From: Tegillarca granosa
Lineage: Eukaryota
NCBI GenBank assembly: GCA_029721355.1
Contig: CM056605.1
Span: 4,406,108-4,470,107 of the forward strand
Length of the DNA: 64,000 nucleotides
Direction: 5' to 3'
Shown: positions 1-13,250 of the stretch, piece after piece
Layout: every line of letters starts with the position of its first letter
Position numbering within the stretch: the first letter of the stretch is position 1
Program-made: the position numbers and the translations under genes
Notes under the pieces: generated by a model
Told to the model about the DNA's origin: nothing
Databases searched by the model: none
The model's input: only the letters and a program-made list of their open reading frames with translations

Positions 1-99
1 AAGTAATTACAGAAACTTTCCTAGTTTTTGCCAGATTGAATTCGAAACTGCCACAGTATTTAATCAGAAACATTTAATTCACAGTTAATTCATAAATAG

Positions 100-1000
100 C
101 TAAATGCATGTAGTGACTAAACTGCAATGGATAATTTCCAGATAATTAACCATTAAGTAGTATACCTTTGCAAATATGACCTTGACCTTTGAACATATGA
201 CTTTGAACCATATATATCAAAATGATCATCATGTCAATATCACGATATTCTAACATACATGCCTATAGAAAAAGTTAATAGTTTTTCAGATAATTAACAA
301 TTTCAATCTTGTAATGCAGCTATGACCTTGACCTTTGAACATATGATTTTGAACCATATATATCAAAATGATCATCATGTCAATATCACGATATTCTAAC
401 ATACATGCCTATAGAAAAAGTTAATAGTTTTTCAGATAATTAACAATTTCAATCTTGTAATGCAGCTATGACCTTGACCTTTGAACGTATGATTTTGAGC
501 CATATATATCAAAATGATCATCATGTCAATATCACGATATTCTAACATACATGCCTATAGAAAAAGTTAATAGTTTTTCAGATAATTAACAATTTCAATC
601 TTGTAATGCAGCTTTGACCTTGACCTTTGAACATATGATTTTGAGCCATATATATAAAAATGATCATCATGTCAATATCACGATATTCTAACATACATGC
701 CTATAGAAAAAGTTAATAGTTTTTCAGATAATTAACAATTTCAATCTTGTAATGCAGCTATGACCTTGACCTTTGAATATATGACTTTGAACCATATATA
801 TCAAAATGATTATCATGTCAATACCTACAATATTCTAATATACATGCCTATGCAAAAACTTAATAGTTTTCAAGACAATTATCTGTTTTAGACTTCTTAT
901 GCATCTATTACCGTGACCTTTAAACATATGACCTTAAACCATAATATCAAAATGATCGTCATATCAATACATATAACATTCTTATATTCATCTCTATACA
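100..1000. repeat. Tandem satellite with a unit of about 146 bp, roughly 6 copies. The last 1-2 copies are degenerate and the array may continue left of the window.
   Basis: The motif 'gctatgaccttgacctttgaacatatga...caatatcacgatattctaacatacatgcctatagaaaaagttaatagtttttcagataattaacaatttcaatcttgtaatgca' recurs at about 173, 319, 465, 611 and 758, giving a period of 146-147 bp. Weaker copies follow to about 1000. Confidence 0.8.
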
Positions 1001-1332
1001 AAAAAGTTTATAATGTCCAAGCTAATGCACAATTTTAGTATTTTTCTTCCATCATTGATTTCGGAAAAGGTTTTTTTTAAGATTGATGCAACCCTACGTC
1101 ACATTGACCTAGTTTTGGTAGCCATGGCAACGGCAGGAACAAATCTCAATTGCACTAGCCCATACATGCTTTTGACAAGTCTCACTGAAATCTGTCCGAC
1201 AGTTTCAGAGATGTTCGTTGACAGAATAACGCACAAACGGATGGACGCACGCACATGCAGACGGATGGACACACGCCGCGTTATGTCATAAGCTCACATA
1301 ACCTATGGTCGGGTGAGCTAAAACCGTTTGCG

Positions 1333-1333
<1 letters not shown>

Positions 1334-1399
<66 letters not shown>

Positions 1400-1400
1400 T
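1334..1400. repeat. (AAT)n microsatellite.
   Basis: About 22 uninterrupted AAT repeats. Confidence 0.95.
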
Positions 1401-1455
1401 ATAACCTGCCCGTAGACTTAAAGAATTAATTCAGACCTGGTGATAGCCAGAATAC

Positions 1456-1511
<56 letters not shown>
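1456..1511. repeat. (AAAT)n microsatellite.
   Basis: About 13 uninterrupted AAAT repeats. Confidence 0.95.
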
Positions 1512-1514
<3 letters not shown>

Positions 1515-2140
1515 AAAATATAAAAATGATCAAAAGGTTATGTTTTGCGTGATTTAACAGTGCTTCTAGTGACTTTAAATTTCTAATCTTTAAGGTTTTT
1601 CTACGAAAATAGCGAAGAATTTTTCTATTATTTAAAATACATTGTAGGTATCATCAGAAGGAGAAATTACCAATCAACTTTTTTAGAACCGGATTATTTT
1701 TCAGTATTATAATGACAGCTTAAAAGAAATAGAAATATTAGAAATGATGATACTGAATACATGTATAATCTTTTTTTTTTCGACATTCACATGACATTTC
1801 TTCAAAGGTCTATACAATTTTTTCAAGAGTATCCTCGCTTAGTTTGAAATTAATTTGTAATTGACATACTTTATATTTGCCTGGACAATAAGTGGTTTTA
1901 GTGGATTTAGTGGTCTGCATTGTTAATCTGCGAGTGTAGAAGCAATCTAAAGATCGCTGTTAATAGAATAAAACAAGAATTCCAAGGAATTAAATGTCTC
2001 GCCTAATTAGTTTTTGATCGATTAGAAAATACATTTTTAAGATTCAGACTAACTGTAATATTATTTATTGATGTTAGTGTAAACTTTATTTCTTTTACAA
2101 CGATTTAGAAACAAGTTGTGCAACTTATATTAATCTAGCT

Positions 2141-2322
2141 CGTTGGCCCGAATTGTAGCGCGCGTGAGGTCTTATTGTGGGAGGAAAACCGGAGAACCCG
2201 GAGAAAAACTCACGTGCTCAAGCAGGTGACCTCATACCTTATCACATACGACGCTGGGAATCGAACCCCGGTCGCATTGGTGATAGGCGGGAGCGCTAAC
2301 CACTGCGCCACTTGAACACCCA
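2141..2322 (-). mobile_element. tRNA-derived SINE, family A, divergent subfamily copy.
   Basis: The reverse complement at 2262-2322 reads 'GTGGCGCAGTGGTTAGCGC...GGTTCGATTCCC', a tRNA-like head carrying box A and box B. The body carries the core 'ggaggaaaaccggagaacccggagaaaaac', which is shared with the copies at 26238, 57306 and 48160. Confidence 0.7.
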
Positions 2323-2916
2323 GTATTTATTGATGTTTAAAATAATGTTGGTTTAGTACAAAATGCATTTCATAAATAAAATTGTATTTTTCAAACAAAT
2401 ATCTTTCTTTTCACATAACACTGGATAGCTGAACTATAATTTTTATTTTACGTAACACAATAACTTAAATATCACATCTTAAAGAAGTAAGTATCCGTGT
2501 TTGTTTGAGTAAAAAAAAATTCTCAATTTTTTATCCAAAATTTTGGATCTGCCCTAAAACTAAAAAAAAATCTTATACAAGGTAAATAACACAAAAACTA
2601 ATATAGCTTTATTTAATTTCCAAAATAACATTGGTTTAGAACAAAATGCATTTTCTCAAAATTTGTATATATCATTTAAAATCTAAGATTTATCCCAAAA
2701 TTGAAACAAATGGTCACCAGGCATTGTATATAATCTAGAATCTAATCAAACAACATTTGAAATGTAATTTATCAAGATGTAGATGTACTTTCAGAATTTT
2801 CTCAAAATGTGTCTTTATTATAAAAAAAAACCCCAATAAATGTCAATTTTCTGGAAATACCCATAATATATATTTTTATGTTCTATCATTGTACATGCTA
2901 AATTCATAAATTTCCA

Positions 2917-2929
<13 letters not shown>

Positions 2930-2950
<21 letters not shown>

Positions 2951-4405
2951 GTCTATAGGAGCATTTTCTCAAAATTCCCCTTTTCTGTAAAAATTGCAAT
3001 TTTTACACCAAAAAGAGTTGAAACATCATCTTGCATACACATGTAATCATAATTAAACTGCATGATGAAACTGTGTTGCAAAGGATGATTCTCAAAAAGC
3101 CGAGACATCCGCCTATAAATTCAAAATTTTAAATTTGGTAAAATGATATTTACACTTTAAACATCCAAAAGAGAGTACCAACACGAAACGGTTTTGAATA
3201 TCAAAAGTTTGATAAAACATTGCATTATGTGTTTAAACATTCATTTCAGAATACTGCATTCCGAATACTTCATTTCATTTTACAATATTTTTTTCTTATT
3301 TTAACGCAGTGTATATACTTCATCAACAAATACCCCAGTAAAATTACGCACTTCTTATCCGAACACATCATTGGAAATAGTTTCAATACATGTTGTTAAT
3401 ATCTAACAACGTTATGATCATTTATCAGGCCACTGGTCAATACGCATGCGTTTCTTATACAAGTTTAAGGTATACAAAGCAACATTATAATGCATGTAAA
3501 ACACGGAACTACTATCATTGCCATGTAGACGCCGCATTAATAAGCTTACCGTCGAAAATCATATTATGTGAATTTTACTCTTCACAATTACGGGTAATAA
3601 TATTTAGTGAGAAAACGACCAATGGCATATTTTCATATTAAGTTTTTTTTTTTCAGTAACAATATTGAGATGTCTTTATTACGTTAAGTTTTATATAGGC
3701 ACGTTAGGCTAAAATCAATTTGCATTTGGCCTCGAGTCGATGTTGGGATATAGAGGTCTCCCAAAGGTGTAGCCTTATTTCTTGACATTTTTCCTATAGG
3801 CGGATCGCTCGGCTTTTGAGACTCATTCTTTCATTGAAACAACAGTATTAGTTAAAGAAATAGACTTAAACATAAACTTTCACATTTTCTCAAAATTCCC
3901 TTTTTTTCTGTAAAAAAGTAACACTTAAGTCTCGCCTTATGGCAATGCCAGACTCGACAATTATGCATCACACGCAATTGCGGTTAGATTTACTCATGAG
4001 ATTGATAGGATTGTTGCAAATTTCGTTGAAATAACAGCATTAATTTGAGAGATATGAACTCTAACATAAACTTTTTCTCAAAATTTCCTTTTTTTTTTTT
4101 TTTTTTGCAAAAAAGCAAGTTTTTACCCCAAAGTAGTTGAAACATCAGCTTATATATTCATGTAATCATAATTAAACTGCATGATGAAACTGTGTTGCAA
4201 ATTTCATTGAAACAACAGTATAAGTTTAAGAGATATGGACTTTAACATAAACTTTCACATTTTGACACGCCTACGCCGCCTACGCCGCCGACACCGGAAA
4301 AGTAACACCTAGAAGTCTCGCTTATGGCGATGCTAGGCCCGACAATTACGCATAACACGCAATTGCGGTTAGATGTACTCATGAGATTAATAGGAATCGC
4401 AAAAA
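2930..4405. repeat. Mosaic of locally duplicated modules, including inverted segments.
   Basis: Module 'tttctcaaaattccc..tttt..ctgtaaaaa' occurs at about 2962, 3888 and 4078. Module 'ttgaaacatc..cttgcatacacatgtaatcataattaaactgcatgatgaaactgtgttgcaaa' occurs at 3000-3085 and 4120-4205. Module 'agtaacac.taagtctcgccttatggc...gacaattatgcat.acacgcaattgcggttagat.tactcatgagatt' occurs at 3918-4015 and 4302-4400, 391 bp apart. 'gccgagacatccgcctataa' at 3100 is inverted relative to 'cctataggcggatcgctcggc' at 3786. Confidence 0.7.
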
Positions 4406-4455
4406 AAAAAAAAATGCAGTTCAAAAATTGCTGATTTGATTTAAATCAATATTCG

Positions 4456-4675
4456 ACCACCTCGGTGTCTCAATGATAGAGCTTTCGCCTTCTCAAAGCT
4501 TGGAGGTCGGGGTTTAAACCCCGACCGGGTCATACATAAGACTTTTAAGCTGTAGATGACTGGTTTCCCATCTAGCGCTCGGCATTAAAAGTACAGAGTA
4601 TCAACTGGTTCACCCGGTGTCAGAATAATGTGAATGGGGACGTGGCATACTAACTCGATGTCCTAGCACCTTAAC
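4456..4675 (+). mobile_element. SINE-like element, family B, with a tRNA-related head.
   Basis: The head 'acctcggtgtctcaatgatagagc...ggtcggggtttaaaccccgaccggg' is tRNA-like. The body 'gctcggcattaaaagtacagagtatcaactggttcacccggtgtcagaataatgtga' is shared with a second copy at 56475-56638. Confidence 0.6.
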
Positions 4676-6854
4676 AAAAAGTCACAAAAAGTCGCCATAA
4701 TCGCGCGGATAGGGCAGATAATAATACACACTAGCGGCACATCTCACGTGTTCTTAGACTTAGAACAACAACAACAACAACAAAGAAAAAAGTGCTCTCG
4801 TAGAAAGTAGCTGAAAAATTGCTGATGCGACATTAAACAACATTACAACCAACACACCGACTAAAACAATATTCCAATATTCCTCAAAGGAACTACTTCT
4901 CCAATATACTATATTGATATTAATGTCAAAGAATCAAAATAAATATAAACGGAACGATTGTTAGTGTACGTGTACTTTATTGATTGATGTTATTTTATTT
5001 GAAAACAAGTATTACTCACGTTTATTTTCGCGGATTTATTTTAGTTTTGTTTGTCAACAATTTTAACCTCTATATCTTGATTGACTGTAATTCTATTTAT
5101 AGTGCTAAAATCTACACATTAAAGAAGGATCGGCATCGTTAAAACGTTTTTCCAAGATCTCGATCATTGTTAAAACACAATATTATCAAACTAATTAGTG
5201 ACAGAGATGCTTAAAGCACTTACACTTCAAGTAGAGCTAGTCGTGTTTATAGCAGCAAAAACTACAATGGTTTTTAAAAAATTGTGTTTGTGTCAACAAG
5301 AGTAATGTAATCTTCAAAGAATTAGTGTGTTCTTAATTCAATATAACATTTAAAGAAAAGTCATCTAAGAATTTAATGCAATCTTAGAAGTATTTTTCCT
5401 ACATCTGAATGAATTTTTGTCAACAATATTTTAATCTTTTAAAAAATCATAGCTACATGTAGTTCATTTAGGTCAAACATCTCGTAAGATCGTAAAGTTC
5501 TTTAATATTTTTATTAAGTACGCTAAAATCATATGAAAATAACAAGTTATAAAAACAATCATTTAGTCACCAGACATGGTAATTACCATAAATGTCAGCA
5601 GAATATAAATGAACAAGAAACAATTGTGCCTTATTGCTTAACTGAGACATGGCAAATACATATTTACAGTGTCCATAGTTTGAACCTTTCCCTAATGTAA
5701 CTTTACAATCAAGAACGGTACAGATTGGTTTTAAATTCTACTTGCCCTAAGGATGGTACAATCTAACAACATCCAAGGTTTGTACATAGTCTAGGTTGAC
5801 AATAAGAATTTTATCAATTATTATTCTAAGAATAATTCTCTCTAAAGTTTCCGTATTTGTAGACCTGCGGTTAAGACTTTTGCAATAAAAAACTTAATGT
5901 CATAATATCTAAGGCATATCTTTTGTAATTTTAACAAAATGGATTTGTAAATTGTTTATAACCTCCCCGCCCCACATTTTCCAATTTAGGACCCTAAAAT
6001 TGATTTGTACAAATAATTTTCTCTGCGAATGCTAAATCTAAAATATCTAATATCCAGCTGTTGTACATAAGTCAGCTTTTTTTTACATTACTTATACAGA
6101 CCTTCTACAATTTCCTCACTTGGGGCCTCAAAGCCAAGGTTTGTAAATGTAAAAATTGAATACTACCTGAATGTATAATGTATAGAAATACATCAACTGT
6201 ACGTTAGCTTTTTAAATTATTTAAACAGTTATGCTATGAAAATGTACTTAGATCTATTCCAGAGGTAATATGGACAAACACGCAGTAAGTGCAATTATAA
6301 AGTACTCGCTAATTTTGATAATAGCCTCCGTAGTTAAATAGTCTATTCGTTGATTGACACGTTACTAATGCACTGTAGGCGTGATGAAGTTTGTTACGGT
6401 GTACAGTAATGTAAATGTATTATCGAGCATTCATGTTTTATTTTATTTTTTTTTGTTTTAAAAATAACAATTTAAGTTGTCAAATGATAGCAGAGTAATT
6501 TAGTTATAAGTATTGAGTCATTGAGAAAAACCTTAAATGGTTGCTGTACACAACTTTGCGTAATTTGTACAACTTGAAAGCAAAAACATCGTATGCAATG
6601 AAAAAAGCAATTTCTGAATTATCTCATTGATATGAAAATGTAATCAGTAATTTTCGGACTCTTTATGTATCTGATTACAGTATCACGATGTACACATGTT
6701 TCAAATATAATTTGTAGTAAACGAGATGCTTGCATACTGCAAGTTGCATATATCCTTTGGAATCGTGCAAGGCATTCAATTGCGACCAAAGCACAAATGT
6801 TAGATAGTACAAAAAGTTCGCAGTATTACATAAAAGACCTTGCTTATTACTATT

Positions 6855-7950
6855 CAACAGTATCAGTAACATTAATTGTAACAGTATCGGTAACATTAGT
6901 TATACCAGTATCGGTAACATTAGTTGTAACAGTATCGGTAACATTAGTTGTAACAGTATCGGTAACAGTATCAGTAACATTAATTGTAACAGTATCGGTA
7001 ACATTAGTTATAACAGTATCGGTACCAGTATCAGTAACATTAGTTGTAACAGTATCGGTAACATTAGTTATAACAGCATCGGTACCAGTATCAGTAACAT
7101 TAATTGTAACAGTATCGGTAACATTAGTTGTAACAGTATCGGTACCAGTATCAGTAACATTAGTTGTAACAGTATCGGTAACATTAGTTATAACAGTATC
7201 GGTACCAGTATCAGTAACATTAATTGTAACAGTATCGGTAACATTAGTTGTAACAGTATCGGTAACATTAGTTGTAACAGTATCGGTACCAGTATCAGTA
7301 ACATTAATTGTAACAGTATCGGTAACATTAGTTATAACAGTATCGGTAACAGTATCAGTAACATTAATTGTAACAGTATCGGTAACATTAGTTATAACAG
7401 TATCGGTAACATTAGTTATAACAGTATCGGTAACAGTATCAGTAACATTAATTGTAACAGTATCGGTAAAAGTATCAGTAACATTTATTTTAACAGTATC
7501 GGTAACATTAGTTGTAACAGTATCGGTAACATTAGTTATAACAGTATCGGTAACAGTATCAGTTATATTTATTGTAACAGTATCGGTAAAAGTATCAGTA
7601 ACATTTATTTTAACAGTATCGGTAACATTAGTTATAACAGTAACAGTATCAGTAACATTTATTTTAATATTATCGGTAACATTAGATATAACAGTATCGG
7701 TAACAGTATCAGTAACATTAGTTATAACAGTATCGGTAACAGTATTAGTAACATTAATTGTTACATTCTTATTAATATTTTTAGGAACAACATTTGTACA
7801 AGTAACAGTATTCAGTGACAGTTTTGGTAAACGTGTTGTAACAGTATTGGTATCAGTATTAGTAACAGTATTGATGCCAGTATTAGTAACAGTATTGATA
7901 CCAGTTTTAGTATTGATACCAGTATTAGTTACATTATTGGTATCAGTAAC
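6855..7950. repeat. Minisatellite of interleaved 24-bp and 39-bp units.
   Basis: The units are 'acagtatcggtaacattagtt(g/a)ta' and 'acagtatcggtaccagtatcagtaacattaattgta', with about 35 units. The array decays into 12-bp 'agtattagtaac' repeats by about 7950. It accounts for the artefactual 439-aa ORF 6665-7984 (VTVSVTLV... iterations). Confidence 0.85.
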
Positions 7951-9284
7951 AAGAATCAGATTAGTTCAGAAACTGGTTATATAAATCTGTATTTATTGTG
8001 TATACAGATGTAATAACGTTGTATATATGTTAATGTTTTTTTCTATTTCATTGCCTAACTAAAGTATTGGATCGTTTAAGAAAAAGCTGATTGGATCATT
8101 CTATGACAATTAGTGGTAAAATTACCTGACACATGAAGACAGCATTGGATTAACGTTTTAATGCATTCAAATTAAACTTCAACCGAAGTATATGCAGAAA
8201 ATCACGTACAACGCGAATAAGAAGGGTGATATTCTCGGTAAAATTGTACGGTTTCAGACATAATTGAGGACTTTTTATATTCATTTTACGATAATAAGAC
8301 TTCATTAGCTCTTGTTTCATAGCCGTGTGGTTAGTTGAATCAATTAGTACGATCTAAAACGGTTATTATGGTTGTTTTTGCATATAATACAACAATTACT
8401 TTACAATGACATAAGTAATCACTGGGCACAGGCTAATAAATAAATAAATGAACTAATAAATCAGTAAATAAATAAACAAAATAAACAAAATCAATAAATA
8501 AATAAATGCAATTCACAAGAAACAAAAATAATCAACACATTACAACTCAATATGAAAATACATGTCAGACTGAGGTTAATAAAATTCAAAAATGCCACCC
8601 CAGATAATCATTACATAATGCTGATAAAAATATGCTGCAGGGTAGCAAAACTTGTAATTGACAATAGAGGCAATGAAAGACCCGTATTTCTTTACTGGCA
8701 CTTTATTTGCAATTAAACTTGGACATTCAAAGAACAATTATAAATACGCATAATCCATGAAATTGGGTCGCCAAAACATTTATTGGAAAAAACTCGTTCC
8801 ATGTTAAATGGCTATACATCTACCTTTTTTTTTTATCAATTATGGTCTATAAATATATCTGTATGGTTTTTTAACTTCTAAATTTAGAATTAATAACAAC
8901 TGTAACTACAATAGAGATTTTTGAGGGACATGCCGGACGCTTTGTATTATCATCAGCAAATAATGTCCTTCCTCACTAACTTTAATTCAGTAAAAATCTT
9001 TGGAAGTACTTGAAACAAAGTTAAAACTGAATCATCTAAAAACCTTTTATGATGCGGAAAAACCTACAGACCATTGATATAGATTGAGTAGAAACAAATG
9101 TAAACTATTCTTAGAATTAGAATTGTCACAAACGTTATCGGGTCTCAACTACATAACGGTTTTTATATAAACAAGATTGTTTATATAGGGAAATTAAAAA
9201 AGCCATAGAAATGATGAAAAACTCGTGTAATTGACATAAAAACTGACCTACATTGAAAATAATAATATAAAGTTTAAAGGCTCT

Positions 9285-9285
<1 letters not shown>

Positions 9286-9338
<53 letters not shown>
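9286..9338. repeat. (GA)n microsatellite.
   Basis: About 26 GA repeats, 150 bp upstream of the start of the 35-bp satellite. Confidence 0.95.
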
Positions 9339-9340
<2 letters not shown>

Positions 9341-9484
9341 CTTAACGAATGTAACTTAATTCTTCAGACTTTATTAGGTCTAACTGGACTTTTTTAAATT
9401 TACATAGAAGAATCTTGTCGTTTAGAGTTAATGTTTCAGTTTGATTTTTAATTTTTCAGATACAATTAAGATATAGAATAACAA

Positions 9485-12400
9485 GTACAAAACATTACCA
9501 AGAACAATCACTGAACACAGAACAATCAATGAACAACATAAGGTACACACAGTACAAACAATGAACAGCATAATGTAACACACAACGTGCAAACAATGAA
9601 CAGCATAAGGTAACACACACCGTGCAAACAATGAACAAGATAAGGTAACACACAAGGTACAAACAATGAACAAGATAAGGTAACACACACCGTACAAACA
9701 ATGAACAACATAAGGTTACACACACCGTACAAACAATGAACAAGATAAGGTAACACACACCGTACAAACAATGAACGAGATAAGGTAACACACACCGTAC
9801 AAACAATGAACAAGATAAGGTAACACACACCGTACAAACAATGAACAACATAAGGTAATACACACCGTACAAACAATGAACAAGATAAGGTAACACACAC
9901 CGTACAAACAATGAACAAGATAAGGTAATACACACCGTACAAACAATGAACAACATAAGGTAATACACACCGTACAAACAATGAACAAGATAAGGTAACA
10001 CACACCGTACAAACAATGAACAACATAAGGTAACACACACCGTACAAACAATGAACAACATAAGGTAACACACACGGTACAAACAATGAACGAGATACAG
10101 TAACACACACCGTACAAACAATGCACAAGATAAGGTAACACACACCGTACAAACAATGAACCAGATAAGTTTACAGATGCTGTGCGAACAATGAACAACA
10201 TAAGGTAACACACACCGTACAAACAATGAACAACATAAGGTAACACACATCGTGCAAACAATGAACGAGATAAGGTAACACACACGGTACAAACAATGAA
10301 CGAGATACAGTAACACACACCGTACAAACAATGCACAAGATAAGGTAACACACACCGTACAAACAATGAACCAGATAAGTTTACAGATGCTGTGCGAACA
10401 ATGAACAACATAAGGTAACACACACCGTACAAACAATGAACAACATAAGGTAACACACACCGTGCAAACAATGAACGAGATAAGGTAACACACACCGTAC
10501 AAACAATGAACAAGATAAGGTAACACACAAGGTACAAACAATGAACAACATAAGGTAACACACACCGTACAAACAATGAACAACATAAGGTAACACACAC
10601 CGTGCAAACAATAAACAAGATTAGGTAACACACACGGTACAAACAATGAACGAGATAAGGTAACACACACCGTACAAACAATGAACAACATAAGGTAACA
10701 CACACCGTACAAACAATGAACAACATAAGGTAACACACACCGTACAAACAATGAACAAGATAAGGTACCACACACCGTACAAACAATGAACAAGATAAGG
10801 TAACACACACCGTACAAACAATGAACAACATAAGGTAATACACACCGTACAAACAATGAACAAGATAAGGTAACACACACGGTACAAACAATGAACAACA
10901 TAAGGTAACACACACCGTACAAACAATGAACAACATAAGGTAACACACACGGTACAAACAATGAACGAGATACAGTAACACACACCGTACAAACAATGCA
11001 CAAGATAAGGTAACACACACCGTACAAACAATGAACCAGATAAGTTTACAGATGCTGTGCGAACAATGAACAACATAAGGTAACACACACCGTACAAACA
11101 ATGAACAACATAAGGTAACACACACCGTGCAAACAATGAACGAGATAAGGTAACACACCGTACAAACAATGAACAACATAAGGTAACACACACCGTACAA
11201 ACAATGAACAAGATAAGGTAACACACACCGTACAAACAATGAACAACATAAGGTAACACACACCGTACAAACAATGAACAAGATAAGGTAACACACACCG
11301 TACAAACAATGAACGAGATAAGGTAACACACACCGTACAAACAATGAACAACATAAGGTAACACACACCGTACAAACAATGAACCAGATAAGTTTACAGA
11401 TGCTGTGCGAACAATGAACAACATAAGGTAACACACACCGTACAAACAATGAACAACATAAGGTAACACACACCGTGCAAACAATGAACGAGATAAGGTA
11501 ACACACACGGTACAAACAATGAACGAGATACAGTAACACACACCGTACAAACAATGCACAAGATAAGGTAACACACACCGTACAAACAATGAACCAGATA
11601 AGTTTACAGATGCTGTGCGAACAATGAACAACATAAGGTAACACACACCGTACAAACAATGAACAACATAAGGTAACACACACCGTGCAAACAATGAACG
11701 AGATAAGGTAACACACACCGTACAAACAATGAACAAGATAAGGTAACACACAAGGTACAAACAATGAACAACATAAGGTAACACACACCGTACAAACAAT
11801 GAACAAGATAAGGTAACACACACCGTGCAAACAATAAACAAGATTAGGTAACACACACGGTACAAACAATGAACGAGATAAGGTAACACACACCGTACAA
11901 ACAATGAACAACATAAGGTAACACACACCGTACAAACAATGAACAACATAAGGTAACACACACCGTACAAACAATGAACAAGATAAGGTACCACATACCG
12001 TACAAACAATGAACAAGATAAGGTAACACACACCGTACAAACAATGAACAACATAAGGTAATACACACCGTACAAACAATGAACAAGATAAGGTAACACA
12101 CACGGTACAAACAATGAACAAGATAAGGTAACACACACCGTACAAACAATGAACAACATAAGGTAACACACACGGTACAAACAATGAACGAGATACAGTA
12201 ACACACACCGTACAAACAATGCACAAGATAAGGTAACACACACCGTACAAACAATGAACCAGATAAGTTTATAGATGCTGTGCGAACAATGAACAACATA
12301 AGGTAACACACACCGTACAAACAATGAACAACATAAGGTAACACACACCGTGCAAACAATGAACGAGATAAGGTAACACACACGGTACAAACAATGAACG

Positions 12401-13250
12401 AGATACAGTAACACACACCGTACAAACAATGCACAAGATAAGGTAACACACACCGTACAAACAATGAACCAGATAAGTTTACAGATGCTGTGCGAACAAT
12501 GAACAACATAAGGTAACACACACCGTACAAACAATGAACAACATAAGGTAACACACACCGTGCAAACAATGAACGAGATAAGGTAACACACACCGTACAA
12601 ACAATGAACAAGATAAGGTAACACACAAGGTACAAACAATGAACAACATAAGGTAACACACACCGTACAAACAATGAACAAGATAAGGTAACACACACCG
12701 TGCAAACAATAAACAAGATTAGGTAACACACACGGTACAAACAATGAACGAGATAAGGTAACACACCGTACAAACAATGAACAACATAAGGTAATACACC
12801 GTACAAACAATGAACAAGATAAGGTAACACACACCGTACAAACAATGAACAAGATAAGGTAACACACAAGGTACAAACAATGAAAAAGATAAGGTTACAC
12901 ACACCGTACAAACAATGAACAAGATAAGGTAACACACAAGGTACAAACAATGAACAAGATTAGGTAACACACACGGTACAAACAATAAACGAGATAAGGT
13001 AACACACACCGTACAAACAATGAACAACATAAGGTAACACACACCGTACAAACAATGAACAACATAAGGTAACACACTTCGTGCAAACAATGCACAACAT
13101 TAGGTAACACACACCGTACAAACAATGAACAACATAAGGTTACAAGCACCGTGCAAACAATGAATTAGATAAGTTTACAGATGCCGTGCGAACAATGAAC
13201 GTGATAAAGTTACATTTACCTTTTAAACAATAAGTGAGATAAGGAAACAA
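9485..13250. repeat. 35-bp satellite array of about 105 monomers, with a higher-order repeat of about 875 bp.
   Basis: The monomer is 'caaacaatgaacaacataaggtaacacacaccgta'. A marker variant monomer '..ccagataagtttacagatgctgtgcgaacaatgaac' occurs at 10161, 10371, 11036, 11384, 11594, 12259, 12469 and 13165, giving spacings of 210, 665, 348, 210, 665, 210 and 696 bp. This corresponds to an 875-bp HOR (25 monomers) in about 3 copies plus a 10-monomer insertion. Identical artefactual minus-strand ORFs of 63 and 76 aa recur at 10171/11394/12269 and 10381/11604/12479. Confidence 0.9.

Noticed and set aside
2262-2322. Possible genuine tRNA genes at the tRNA-like SINE heads (also 4456-4530 and 26238-26310).
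   Set aside because: Box A and B-like motifs are present, but the acceptor stems do not pair and each is continuous with a SINE body of 150-200 bp. They are SINE heads, not tRNA genes.
6665-7984. A 439-aa ORF made of VTVSVTLV repeats.
   Set aside because: It arises from the 24/39-bp minisatellite read in frame. The amino-acid periodicity equals the repeat periodicity, and it has no non-repetitive N- or C-terminal domain.
9428-13149. Numerous minus-strand ORFs of up to 844 aa ('MYGVCYLILCIVCTVCVTVS...').
   Set aside because: These are pure translation of the 35-bp satellite. The same 12-aa pattern iterates with the repeat period, and there is no start context or domain. They are artefactual.
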